A DNA stretch of 63,911 bases, the filler included, from Phoronis australis (lineage: Eukaryota > Animalia > Phoronida): NCBI GenBank assembly GCA_002633005.1. It is 4 parts of 4 records of this genome, joined end to end, with 100 filler letters (N's around TTAATTAATTAA, not from the genome) between each part and the next. Parts side by side here need not be neighbours in the genome. Positions count along the whole stretch, not along the records: positions 1 to 31,357 come from NMRA01001281.1; 3 more parts are not named here. One strand, 5' to 3'. A program made the translations under genes and the position numbers. The notes under the pieces are model-generated. The model was not told the DNA's origin and made no database searches. It worked only from the letters and a program-made list of their open reading frames with translations. Below, piece by piece: positions 1 to 11,756 of this stretch (within the stretch, counting starts at the first letter, position 1; each line of letters begins with the position of its first letter).

Positions 1-688
1 AGATGAGTATCGGTTTCAAATGGTGGTGACAGAAGACGCCGTACTGCTGAAATGCGAAAGGGGCAGGCGGAAAAGGGTGAGATGGCGCAAGAAATATTTG
101 TTTGTCCTACAAGGACGTTTTTACTGCGCATGCTCAGAACCACGTTTCCTATGATGAGTCCAATCGGGTGTCCTGCACATGGCTAAATGCACACAGGATT
201 GGACCAAGTTACACTTCGAGAATGGTTTGAATTCACCATTTTCGATCGGATTTGACGGATCCGGGTCTGACGAATTCAAATGTGGCCCCAAACTATTTTT
301 GATATAAAGCAATGTTAGATTTGGTGGCAAAGTCATGTTACAAGAAGGCATCCATATTCAAAGTATTTGTTATGATCCTTTCATGAAACGTGGGCAACGG
401 GGGATTACCAAACTAAAATATGTACTGTTGCTATGGGAACTAGGTATTTGCCAACCGAATTGAGCAATTTTATGACTTTATTCAAAGTTAAGGAACAAAA
501 GTGGTATTAGAAGCGGGGAACCATGTCCAGAATACTTGGAGTGGCCTTTTGTTGAAACTTAGAGGGTTTTGGTAAGCTGAAGTGTGTGTCGTTACCGTGG
601 TAACCGTGTATATTGCTGGCCAAGATCACCAATGTTTAAAAAAAACAGTGCAGGTGGTCTGATGTCATTTACGGTGCATCAGACGTGC

Positions 689-1170
689 GCAGGCCTCATG
701 GTTGGGCCCATTGCACAAAACACCTGAGCAAAAGCACGAGAGCCCAATTATGGCTCCTTGTGAAGAAAGTTTTCAAGTCTGCCGGTCTCCGTTAGGAAAA
801 CGGACAGACGTTTCCATTTGTTGCCATGCACTATATGTTGTAGGCATGTAACAGTGCCATCCAGTAGGTTGCTCCTTAGCTTATAAAAAGCTGGGCAAGA
901 CTCTACCAGGTGTTTAGGAGATTCTACGTCACTACCACACTCAGGACACACAGGGCTCCCCATATGCCAAGTAATGTGTCTGTGTCGGGCTGGGTTGCAG
1001 TGGTCCGTCAAAATTTGAATGACGTGTCTTATGCCCAATCTATCTAGACTCAGAAGGCTTTCTGAACCTTTTGGTTCGATCACGTTGGGAAAATTATCCT
1101 TGGTCTCTCTGCAGGAGTTAAGTGATGCCCACTAGGCTGCTGACTAGGTATGTACCCAGTTGCGTATACT
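689..1170 (-). mobile_element. 5'-truncated non-LTR retrotransposon 3' end (I/R1/LOA-like): ORF2 C-terminal zinc knuckle plus 3' UTR
   Basis: ORF 748-1083 reads IQILTDHC..RH...SPVCPECGSDVESPKHLVESCPAF, the LTGH...CxxC...E..H...CP pattern of LINE ORF2 C-termini. A near-identical second copy lies at 40487-40889. Confidence 0.8.
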
Positions 1171-1430
1171 CATCCTGCAACACCGATGTTTGGCTTACTG
1201 ACAGTCATGAGAAAAGCAGGCAACTATGCTTTAAGTACTTTAATGACCCTCTCTAGATACTCTGAGGAGTTATACCGTATCCGCGGTTAACAGCATATTA
1301 AGCTGCGCATGCTTCATACCGACGAAATTTTGAAAAAAACATTGGCATGTTTTGCATGTTTGCTTTACTGAAGATAAAAAACTAGAAGGACCATTTTGAT
1401 AATCCAAAAATGATGCTCTGAGCAACTTTT

Positions 1431-1486
1431 AAGGCTGTTTCCGTGTCGTGTGTACTTAAAAGTACACACGACACGGAAACATCCTT
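1431..1486. repeat. Near-perfect 56-bp palindrome, probably a collapsed MITE
   Basis: 22-bp perfect arms TGTTTCCGTGTCGTGTGTACTT (1436-1457) and AAGTACACACGACACGGAAACA (1460-1481), extended by AAGG/CCTT. Confidence 0.85.
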
Positions 1487-3063
1487 TTAAAACGTAAAGG
1501 CTACATACAGCTGATGCAATAGATTTACAGGAATCAACCACTAAAGCTAACTACTTGGGTAGTATATCAAAACCAGTACAATTTTGAAAATCCAAAAATG
1601 GTTGCCATGGAAACTAATGCAAATAAAACAGTCAACTGCTTTTTAAAACTGCGTAAAACAGATGCAGCAAAATGAATTAAACAGAACGCATGCGCATGGC
1701 TTTATCAAACGTACATCGTAATTAACATTAGTGGCTGTGGCAAAATTTTATAAATACATCAAAGGTTGTCATGACTTCGCATAGCCATACTCATAACAAA
1801 CGTGTTCTCAGTGTTTTTTGAATAAAATCATGTGGTTCTTTGGATTAGTTTTTGGAGCAAAGCTTACATCCTTACCAAGATAAATGTATTCTATTATAAA
1901 AAGACCTTCATCATTTGTTCATATGCGTACAATTAGTGTTATTGCATACGCAGTTTAGATGGTAATAGAATCCGTCATTTCTCCACGTAACATTAAAAGT
2001 ATTTAGAAATAACTCTGTAGCACAAGTTCAAAATGGCTTAAATATCAAAAAACATTTTCCATCTTCGCCTACTGCAGTTTCCAAACCCCATTGTCTTTCA
2101 TTTTTTCTAAAAAAATTAGCCATCTAATCTGTACTCTATTTAAAAAGTATAATTAGATTTTTGATATTTTGTTTTCCGTGATTTGGCAATTTCGTTGTCA
2201 TAAAGCATAATTTCACATGGTAACACGTACTTCTAAGCGTAAATAAAAGCCCAGGCTCACAGAATACCAATGTGCGAGATTGAATTGGAAGATTTGTAAT
2301 TCTGCTTATTTGAGATCTGTTGATTATGGAAAGCCAAACTGGAAAAATCCAGGATACATATTTTCTATGTAAAATTAAAAAATAGGCCAAAATATTAGTT
2401 TTCCTCTGAAGAACCAAAAATTCACCAAAACCAGAATCTCCACTTTCACACTGTCAACCTATTGATAATTTTTCACTTAGGCAACTTTTGTGTCAAGTTG
2501 GTGTGTCATGAGAAACAATTCACTATTTGAGGTAGACAGGCATTATGAGGCTGACAAACAACTTTTGAATACAGCGAATTCAGGCAATGAAATTTACTGA
2601 CACACCTTAATGCGAATGAATAATGCAAATCGAATGTGTGAGAGCTACACCGACCACTTCCCATTCCCGAATTTTGAGTAAATAAAGACACAGCTCTATA
2701 TTTAATACTGCAAAGTTGAACTAAAACAGGGACATAGACTTTTCTGTTCGTGTGCAATTAAACTTACAAATTCAAACAAATATTCGTATAAGTCGCAAGT
2801 GACCCACACGGAAGTTGCTCTCTCCATGTGAACTTGCTTTTCACTGAGTGGTATGAATCAATGAATCAAACATTGAGCAATGGGTGTGGAGCCTACTTAA
2901 TGATATAAAGCGGTCAATTTAGCTACCTCATTATCACAAACCAAGTATAAAGAAAAAAAAAGAAACTTGAAACACTTGTAAATTTGTTAATTCGGAGATT
3001 TGAACTTGGCAACCCCACAAGTAGTGATCATTACTGTTTAGATACTTGTGACTTTTGAGAATA

Positions 3064-3280
3064 TGGACCTTTTGCTAAGATTCACGGTGTAGATTCAGAG
3101 TTATTAATTGTGCATTCGCCGAATTTTGACAGTTCCTGCCTTTTTAGTAGGCTTTTGTCTAGTTTTCTACTTTTTTCGAAGTTTTTTCTTTCCTGAGGGG
3201 GACATTTTTGCCCACTTCGCCAAATGGGCGGGGGGTGCTCATTCGAGCCTCCTCCTCGAGTCCCCCTGAGTGCGCGCATG
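3064..3280. repeat. Dispersed repeat family, copy 1 (related copies ~22925-23110 and partial ~25370-25455)
   Basis: Shared blocks TGCATTCGCCGAATTTTG...TGCCTTTTTAGT...TTTCTACTTTTTTCG...TTTTTGCCCACTTCGCC. Confidence 0.7.
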
Positions 3281-3936
3281 TTAAGACGACATTAAGTTTT
3301 GGCCGGCTGACTATAGATATTGTTTCAGACAACTTCACTTACTCCTGGATAAATAAGAACAATATTTTTTTCTTGAAAAGAAGGCTGGAACAAACTAACA
3401 CACTGGCTGTGACTTTCCTGGAACGACCACTATATTTATTGTACTGCGGTTTATAGCCAAGTGCCCTTAAATAGTATACGTCCTGGCTCAGAGCAATATC
3501 TGGGACAAAGATTTCAGAACATACGCAAAAGGACAAAGATTAAAAAACGCACGCTTTCGCGTTGCAGCGAAGACAAGAACTGGGTCAAATCTATCGACCG
3601 AGAAATCATGCGAACTTTGGTAGATCAGGGCCCGGTCTCTAATCTTTGTACTCGATACGAACTCGAAACTATTTTTGGCAATTTCTCTGCTCCTTTTGTG
3701 CTAACTTAAGATAATTGGTTATCAGAATGTGCTCGAATACATTATAGTTTATGCATAGAAGTTTCTAGTTCAAGTTTGCCCTTGAAGACCCTTATATTCG
3801 TGCTACAAACTTGAGTAAAAACTCGAAAATTCGAGTTCAAATTCGAACTTATTGCTTTGATATTGGGTTTACAAACTGTGAACTAAGGGCAATAAATTAT
3901 CTACGTAAGTTATTGTGTACTCGAGCATAGAATAAA

Positions 3937-4805
3937 TATAGATTATTACATGGCGAAGTCGTTATCCCCCGTTATCTAGAGCACGAGTGGATTTTGGAGC
4001 ATTATCGCCCGAGGGGCGTTAGCCCCGAGGGTGATAATTCTCCAAAATTCACGAGGGCTCTAGATAAGGGGGATAACGGCTGAGAACATGTAATAATCTA
4101 TTTATACCACATACTAAACGAGAAACATTGCAATGAATCGATTTACCTTTTCTGACTCTCCACGGCTTTGTAACTACTTTCTACGTCAGAGGCCCGGGGT
4201 CGGAGGTCGTGACCTTTTAAGAAAAGCCCGGCTATTTTTGTCAAATAATGCTTTTACTCAAAACCAATTGAAAATTTAAATATTATAGAGATGAATTGAA
4301 TTTATAAATTAAGGTTTACCAACTATTATAGCTTAAAACACGTTTTTTTCACGCTAAGCTTCGACCGGGTAATTATCGTCTGCTAAAGTAGGTTACCACT
4401 GGTAACTGAATATAATTCTTAAGTCAAAGATCCTGACGACACGATACCTGCATTCAAACTAGAGATCAGTGATTTACAAGTAAGAGGACATGAGAGAAAA
4501 TTTCCACCGAATTAAGATATCATTTTTATGGAAATTATGTTTCTTATTTTTCGTAGCGTACAAGTACAGTACAATGCGGTTTGTTGAACATGGGATTATT
4601 GCCCCTGCTCATTTAAGTATTCTATTTTCACTCACTGACGTCAGTCGCTGCGTGGTGTAGTGGTAAAGTCGGCGACCAGCAGTAGTAGGGTCCCGGGTTC
4701 GACCCCGTCCTCGGTTTCCCGCCAAATCGTTATCACACTAGTGAGATAACTTTATGGGTTATTACACGGTTGTATTTCCATTTAACGCTAATATTGTGGT
4801 ATAAT
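3937..4805. mobile_element. Nested non-autonomous element with a long 5' hairpin and an internal tRNA-like segment
   Basis: ~175-bp hairpin 3937-4111 (ATAGATTATTACATG...CCCGAGGGGCGTTAGCCCCGAGGG...CATGTAATAATCTAT), then TATACCACA (~4113) inverted to TGTGGTATA (~4795-4803). Confidence 0.6.
4644..4715 (+). other. tRNA-derived sequence (Pol III A/B boxes), not an intact tRNA
   Basis: A box TGGTGTAGTGG and B box GGTTCGACCC with T-arm CGGGTTCGACCCCG. Acceptor and anticodon stems do not pair well. Confidence 0.6.
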
Positions 4806-5869
4806 AGACACTTATCTTAAGTTCGCCCAAAAGTAGAGTAGAAAATGCCAAATCTAATTTCGAGTTCCGTTTCGAGTAAAAAGATTGAAGACCGGCCCCA
4901 GGTCACAGCTGACGGGTTGCCTGGCGGCCGTTTTAATTTCCGTCATGCATGGCCACATAACATGCAAATGTCACTAAACAACTAATAATGGGTCCTAAAG
5001 CAATGTGATTTTTGCGGCAGGTGAAGATTTTGGAGTTAAAGTTTTCTAAGCCGGTAAAATGCAAGATCCCGAAACGCGAACAGAACACGGGCTAGCCTGA
5101 TTTATAAATTTCTCCTGAGAATATTATCGCGTGGTTAGTGAAAATATAGTATCAAAAGTTGAAAGGTAGATGTAGCGACATATAGGCAGATGAATGATTA
5201 ACAAATTTGAAAGAATAATAGGTACAACAGCTTGTGGTTTCGTGGCTTAGTCCTGCTCTGAATTGGACATCTCGGATACTTGCGGGTGATTTGGCGAGAT
5301 CTGCCTATACTTCTATCCCATCCAAGGCGCACCGAAGTTCGTAAAGAGCACTCTACTGCTTTACTAAAAACATGCTATCAGATGTTGATGGAAGTGCAAA
5401 TCATCTTGTGTGATTACTCCACCTGTACAGTTAGTAGTAATTTGTCTGCACTGGATTGGCACAGGTAACCTACTGCTACAATCCTGGCCCCGGCCAGTGT
5501 GCTGGGACAATAATGGTGTTGACTATTTTAACCAAGTGCGTCTACACGATGATACAAGGACGCTGTTACTATAACAGATTCTTATTACCGTCACAAAAAT
5601 ACTGTTGAAACAGTGGCAACATTAAAAACCAGTCGGTAGTAAATAAACAGACAAGGCACAACGCTGACTACACTGCCTATTTAACCTATCGTATGTGGGG
5701 ATTTCTAAACTAATGTAGTGGGAACGTAACAGCAGTGAGCAAGTCAAGTATATCAGAGGTCAACAGTGAGCTTTTTGTGACTTAAGTAGATGTCAAACTT
5801 TCTGTTGCTAAATGAGTTTTACAGAATTGACTCGACGACAAATATTCATGTATACGTATTTATCCTTCT

Positions 5870-6400
5870 TCTGCCCCCAAAACGAATGTATTCGTTCAAA
5901 CACTGATTGCTCAAGGTATGTTGGTTATACAACTTGCACTTTATCTCGCCGGTTATCTATGCATTTACAGAATGGATCAATTAAGGATCACTTCCAAACA
6001 CTCCACAAAAAGAAAATGTCTCGTTCAGATATTGTTGGCAATACCATCGTCAGGTATTTCGAATGTGACTCCTTTCGTTTGAAAATACTCGAAGCTTTAA
6101 TAATAAAAACTGAAACTGCTGACATAAATTCCCAAGATGCTGGGTTCCATCGTACCTTGTCGTTATATAAATAATGTCCATAAGTTGTAACACCTATGTA
6201 TTTTATCAAATTTTACAACGTTTCATAGTACATTAGTTTCCATGACAATTCCTTCTGTAATTGCGCTCTTATGTATGCAACCTTATATTCGTGTTTAATG
6301 TCATTGTTCTTGTTTCATGTATCTTACACGATAGCGTTTATGATTTTTTAAATTTATTTGCCTTTGATGACTGATGTATAGTCGAAGTACCGCTACTGTT
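5870..6400 (+). mobile_element. Penelope-like element 3' fragment: GIY-YIG endonuclease C-terminus plus 3' terminal region
   Basis: CPQNEC...YVGYTTCTLSRRLSMHLQNGSIKDH...RLKILEALIIK...INSQ matches the Penelope GIY-YIG pattern (YIG.T...L..R...H; L.I.EA..I...IN.Q). Stop ends at 6174. Confidence 0.85.
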
Positions 6401-7242
6401 TTATTATGAAATGTTTTGTACAGAGTTTTATGAAATATTTACTCACATATATGTGTTCGTGATGCCACTTATCAACTACCATCCGATGAACGACACTTGT
6501 GTAGACACTAAGAAAGTTTATTGTACAAACTAATTAAAGCCAAGAACAGCTTACTTTTCAATGAAACATGTAAATATACATACATTTACATAGTTCCCTT
6601 TTTAAAATTCTGCTTCCAGCCTCGAGCGTACGTCTTTTATTGTTTTACCGTAATAGCAATATGTGCACAAAATTTTTAAAATTCTTTGATGGTAATATTC
6701 AACATGAGCGTGGCCTCTTCAGTGGAAGCACTGCTTTCCAAGAGGGCCCTCAGTGTCAACATAATCATCAATCAAATTATATCCCATTCCACAAATTCTT
6801 ACATTTTTATCCACTTATGAAGTTTGTTCAATTTAGAAGCTTTTTAATCCTTTTTGAACATCCAAGTTAAGCTTTTCAGATCTCTAAAGCTTGAGTATAT
6901 TTTGTTAAAAGTTGCCACAACCAGTCAACAACCTCTGTGAAATATAAAATCGTTAAACTCGCAAACAATTTTAATTAAAGAGCACAAATCCATTTTAACT
7001 TCAGTATTTTTCCTGTATCATTGAAAACGATTGTGTTACCCTTTCTTCAAGTCCATACAGGTATAGCCGGGTACCTGCATTCTCCTCACCCTGTTTCCCA
7101 ACGGATATTCCCCTGCTCCAATTGTTCTCAGGTATAAGCTACCACTGGTTCTCATGCCAATGTCTTTATGTTCACCTGTCCTGACGTTGAACCGGCTCAA
7201 AGTTCTGAACCCCAATAGTCCTTGTTTCCACAGCTCGATACT

Positions 7243-8212
7243 AACCAAACACCTTAACAAAAGTTTGGACATTTGTGTTTACTCATCCGTGTTTACATTA
7301 CTTTTGGTTGGAATATTTGCATACCAATGGAACGCTCAGTCAGTTCTTTTTCCAACAACACCACATTTTGTCAATAAATTTTTGATTTTTGATATGCTCA
7401 GTAAATTTACTGCCACAGAGGGCTTGGTCTCAAAGTGAATGTTATAAATTTCTCTGTTTTAACACCGAGGGGTAAATACCAAATTTGTGAGACATTGATT
7501 GATAGCATGGAACCCCTTCTGGTAGCAGGCTCAGTATAAATCGCAACTATGCAAACTGTGCTTGGAGTGCCCAGTTTGCAGCTTTCTTCAGATGTAAAAA
7601 TCTGGTGTTCTGGCTACAAATGGAATGGCCCGCATGAACCCTATCGAACACCTGTGGCACCAACTCGGACATGCACGAGCGTGAGAGTCCAACACAACCA
7701 CTTCGGTTGATTTGCTTACTCAGGAGTGGAATGCCATCACACGGTAACACGTGGCCAGGCTAGTAAACAGCATGCGAAGAAGATGTACACTGAAGTGACT
7801 GCCAATGGTTCGTCAACCCTATACTGAGAAGACTATCACTGTTGTCTATCAGTCAGATTATCACTTCAGTCTACCAGTCTGTTGTTCAATAAATAATTAA
7901 TGTTTTTAAAAGTGCTTCCAAATTGTCATAAGTTTTTATTACCACGAAACCAGCATATTGGAAAGCTGAATGGTCAAACTTGAATACACATTTAGCTAAA
8001 ACTGAATTTGCAACATTTACTTTGAGACCAAGCCCTCTTTGGCGACTAAGTTACTAAACACAATGAATATTTATAGACGAAATGTGTTATAGCCCGGAAA
8101 GGGTAATGACTGGGCTTTTCATTGGTATGCAATAAGATTTAATCAAAGTTAAAATAATAAAAACACGGGCGAGTGAACACAAATTTCCAAACTTTTGTTG
8201 AGTTATTTAGTT
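7243..8212 (+). mobile_element. Internally deleted Tc1/mariner (Tc1-type) transposon with ~200-bp TIRs
   Basis: Inverted arms ~7243-7445 and ~8010-8212 (AACAAAAGTTTGGA / TCCAAACTTTTGTT; GAGGGCTTGGTCTCAAAGT / ACTTTGAGACCAAGCCCTC). The centre 7620-7828 translates with frameshifts to MEWPA..MNPIEHLWHQLG...QEWNAI...LVNSMRRRC...ANGSSTLY*, the Tc1 transposase C-terminus. Confidence 0.85.
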
Positions 8213-9099
8213 CCGTTAATATATTTTGTGTGTCATTCCCAGTTTCTTCATAACGGAGTGTCGATTAACTCTTTCATATTTAGTATGGCAGGACATTGAC
8301 GTAGCATGTTTCCCTTATATGGAAAATGTGACCTTTGACGTCTGATGTAAAAATAACATTGGCGATTTCAAGCAGCAGTCAGTCCGACTTCTTTGAGCGC
8401 ATGCGCACATATATTATTAAGAGCGGAGAATTTGAAAACTGTGCTGGGATGAAAGAGTAAAATATTTCATCTGTGTTTCAGAAATAGTGAATCTCACATT
8501 CTTTTCTAAAAATTCTTGCAGTATTCAAAGTGAACAACTCACGTTTGCATCATCAAGAATTAGAGTTGATACGACCTGCTTAAAACGCTTTTTTAGTTTT
8601 CCGCGTTCCATGTATCTTTAAACTACCACTGTAGTGTCTTTCTTGGCAGTTTCAATTGCGAAACCCCATAGATAACTTAATGAAAATAGAATCTTCTCAC
8701 GCGTATTGAACCACTGATCATTTCGAATAAACGCAGTACGTATTACGCATTTTCATTTTACCAATTACGGACAAAAGGAAGCATTTTATTGAGAAACGAC
8801 TAATGCATTCTGGATTACGTACTAATGGAAACAGTTAGGAGACCAAATGTATCAAAGGCGAAATGAGACGGAATTGCACACACAGGCAGATGTGTCTGGT
8901 ATGGTCTGGGATAGCTCGAGAATCTTGTAAACTTCGGTCGACAAAGCACAGTTTCCGGTCATGTCAAGTTAACTTTAGAACGCAATTAGTTTCATGCCCC
9001 GCCCATTCTAGTCGTTGCTATGCACGCGATTCTGTGATTTTAACGGTTACGTCGGTTAATATCCTATGATAGATAGATCTAAATGAGATCAATTTTTAA

Positions 9100-10030
9100 A
9101 ATAAATTCCGTGAGTGAGATGTTTTGGGGTTTCTGCCGGGCCCAACCCAGCCTATTTTTCTGCAAAGACAATTTAATGGACTTGTTTTGTAGTACCTCGA
9201 ATGTTGCACAAGCTCACTGGGATGTCTTTTTTGGTTTTAGGAGAGCCCAATCTAGACTTATTCGTTCTGTCATGGGTCTTTCAGTGCTGAGTGTGGCATG
9301 ACTAGTCGTTTTAAATAAATTCTTTCTCGTATCTTGAATAACGAATATAGTCAAAATGTCAAGTGAATTCCGTTGGTGAGGTATTTTCTAGTTTTTCCCA
9401 AGTCCAACCCAGAATGATTTTGGTTTTCCTGTCATTTGCCATTTGGTGGTGAGCGGCATGTAGAAAATTATATGGACTTGTTTTTTGTGGTACCCCGAAT
9501 GTTTGAGTTAGCTCAGTTTTCGGGTTTCTTTTTGGATTTCTGGCAGTTTTTGTTTCATGGGCCATTCGACGGTCACAGTGGCACGATCATTAAATCAGCG
9601 TTGGCCGGTACCTCAAATATCTAATATAGCTCGCGTTTTCAACAGCATTCCGTGAATGAGTTAAGGAATTTCTAGTGAGACCAACCCAGCGTTTGCTTTG
9701 TCTGTCATAGGCCATATAGTGATCAGTGGTGTGTACTGAATCATATGGAATCGTTTTTTGTCGTACCTCGAATGCTTGAGCTAGTTCAATTTAGAGCAGT
9801 CATTTTTGGGTTTCTGGTGGGCCCTTTCTACCATTGGCCATTCGATGCCCAATGTTGCATTTTAAATCAGTTTTTGCTGGTACCTCGAATATATAGTATT
9901 GCTTACACTTTCAACACCAATTCATGGGTGACATTTTAGGAGTTTTTGGTTGTATTTTATCTGAAATGAAGCATTTAGTGACAAGTGGCATGTACTGGAT
10001 CATGTGGTTATTGTGTTACATCGAATGCTC
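9100..10030. repeat. Old, diverged tandem repeat (~280-bp period with ~140-bp sub-period)
   Basis: Recurrent ATGGA(C/A)T(T/C)GTTTT..GTACC(T/C)CGAATG at ~9176, ~9472, ~9745 and a weaker copy ~10001, with intervening GTACCTC(G/A)AA half-units. Confidence 0.6.
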
Positions 10031-11478
10031 ATGGGAGGGGGGAGGGGTTATAGCCCCCACTTTTTTCAGTACTGTGCCACCCATGATGCTATCCGTTAAA
10101 ATGTCAATGCAAAGCTCAAGTTTTGTTGTAACGAGTGGATGAGCACATATACTGTGAAGATATACATCCGGGTTTTAATAGAGAGCAGTGCTGCGGTTAC
10201 TTTAAGCTGTGTTTTGTTAAATAATACTCGTCTTGCAATTACCTTTGTCATATGACGTCAGACAAAGATTCCATAGAAGGAATGAATCACTGGCACATAA
10301 ATACTACAAAAGTTAACAGTAACCAACGTGAATGAAAAAGAAGGTTGACGACCTCTTTATTATTATCACCATCACCTCCGTAACTGCTAATTACTGAGAA
10401 AATTTGCGCAAATCTTTTACAGGCAGTGGCGTGGTAATAAGCACATGATTAAATTTTTTACTTGGCAATCGTGAATTGGAGCGTAAGGCCAAATTTCTTT
10501 CTTAGTCTTAAGTCACAGTTGATGAAACAGATTACAGGACTTCTAAAAGACGTAGTAGGTTTGCTGTTCTCGTTCTATGCCAGGGTGTATAATCTACATA
10601 TGCCATGATACTGCGTGTGGATGGGAATGGATGATTAAATCCAGTAAGTTAGTTATTATCTAGCAGCTCGTAAGTAACACATGCGATACCTTATTGTTAA
10701 TTTGGTACACTATGAGAAATGAAGTGTATCGACGCTAGCACCCTCTGTAGGGATAACTTCAATTAAATCACGATTGGTATCCCTAGGTAGTACTGGACAT
10801 TTAGGCTGCAGCCACGGGCATTTTCTAGTCCTAGAAACCGGGTGCAATTTCAGGAAGCTGTCAAGCAGTTCAAAATTGCCAAGCGGGCATCTGGTTAGGG
10901 GCGTACTATGACCACATTTTTAGAATCTAGAGAGAATTCCGAATCTGTAGTCAGATTTCTTCTAGTACTTACAGCGAAGTGGTAATTTTGGGGAGAATAC
11001 TGTCAATTTTGGCGTGTTTGAACCTAGTTTTCAAAGCTGGAATTTCTTCGATGTGAATTATCGGGTTAAAAACCTATAGCATAATTAAGTTTCAGTTATC
11101 ATGAGTAGTGCTTGTGGGTTCAGTTGGAAATGCCACAAGACCTTTTGTTTTTTCAGACTCATGATGAGGACGTGAGGAAATAACTCATATCTACTTAGGT
11201 GTGCTTCGGCAGCCAAAACCCTGTAATAACAGTGGAGGATCTAGGATATCACAAGGGGGGCCTAACATTTTGTCAGGCTGTAAGCATTTGCGCCCAACCA
11301 CGATTGTAGATGCGCATAGCACCGAATGGGAGGAGGTCGGGAGGGGGGTTTACTCTTGCCCAGGAAATTTTTCTGTTTTTTCCTCTAAAAATCAAGAATT
11401 TTCCTTAATTCCAGAAGTATTACCTAAGAAAAAAGGCAAAAAATAGACATAGAACATGTCAAACAGGAAAAACTGCAA

Positions 11479-11545
11479 GTACCACAGACTCGAACTCACG
11501 ACCTGGGGGACAGAGCGCGCGCGCTTTACCATTACACCACCACGA
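11479..11545 (-). other. tRNA-derived SINE-like head
   Basis: Reverse strand GGTGGTGTAATGGTAAAGCG...CAGGTCGTGAGTTCGAGTC (A and B boxes); stems are degenerate. Confidence 0.55.
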
Positions 11546-11756
11546 TTTAACTACTGAAATTGTACTAAGAGACCTACTTGTTTATGGTCCACAACGTTTG
11601 CGCGCGAAACCTACTTCTTTTTGTAATGCTTATTACGCGTTTTATATTTTGTGCAATCGGTTCGTAACAGATTTGTTCAGTATTCAATTGCCCAAAAGAC
11701 CAAATCCGTTTTTCGTGTTTGCAATGATGACGGGATTGCTTTATAAATCGTCTTAA

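Larger units (their letters stand above)
3629..4898. mobile_element. PIF/Harbinger-like non-autonomous element (MITE) carrying a nested insertion
   Basis: ~40-bp imperfect TIRs GGCCCGGTCTCTAATCTTTGTACTCGATACGAACTCGAAA / TTTCGAGTTCCGTTTCGAGTAAAAAGATTGAAGACCGGCCC. CAG is duplicated at 3626-3628 and 4899-4901. Confidence 0.7.

Noticed and set aside
4644-4715. Functional tRNA genes here and at 11479, 22667 and 58796
   Set aside because: Only the A/B boxes and T-arm survive; no complete cloverleaf can be folded.
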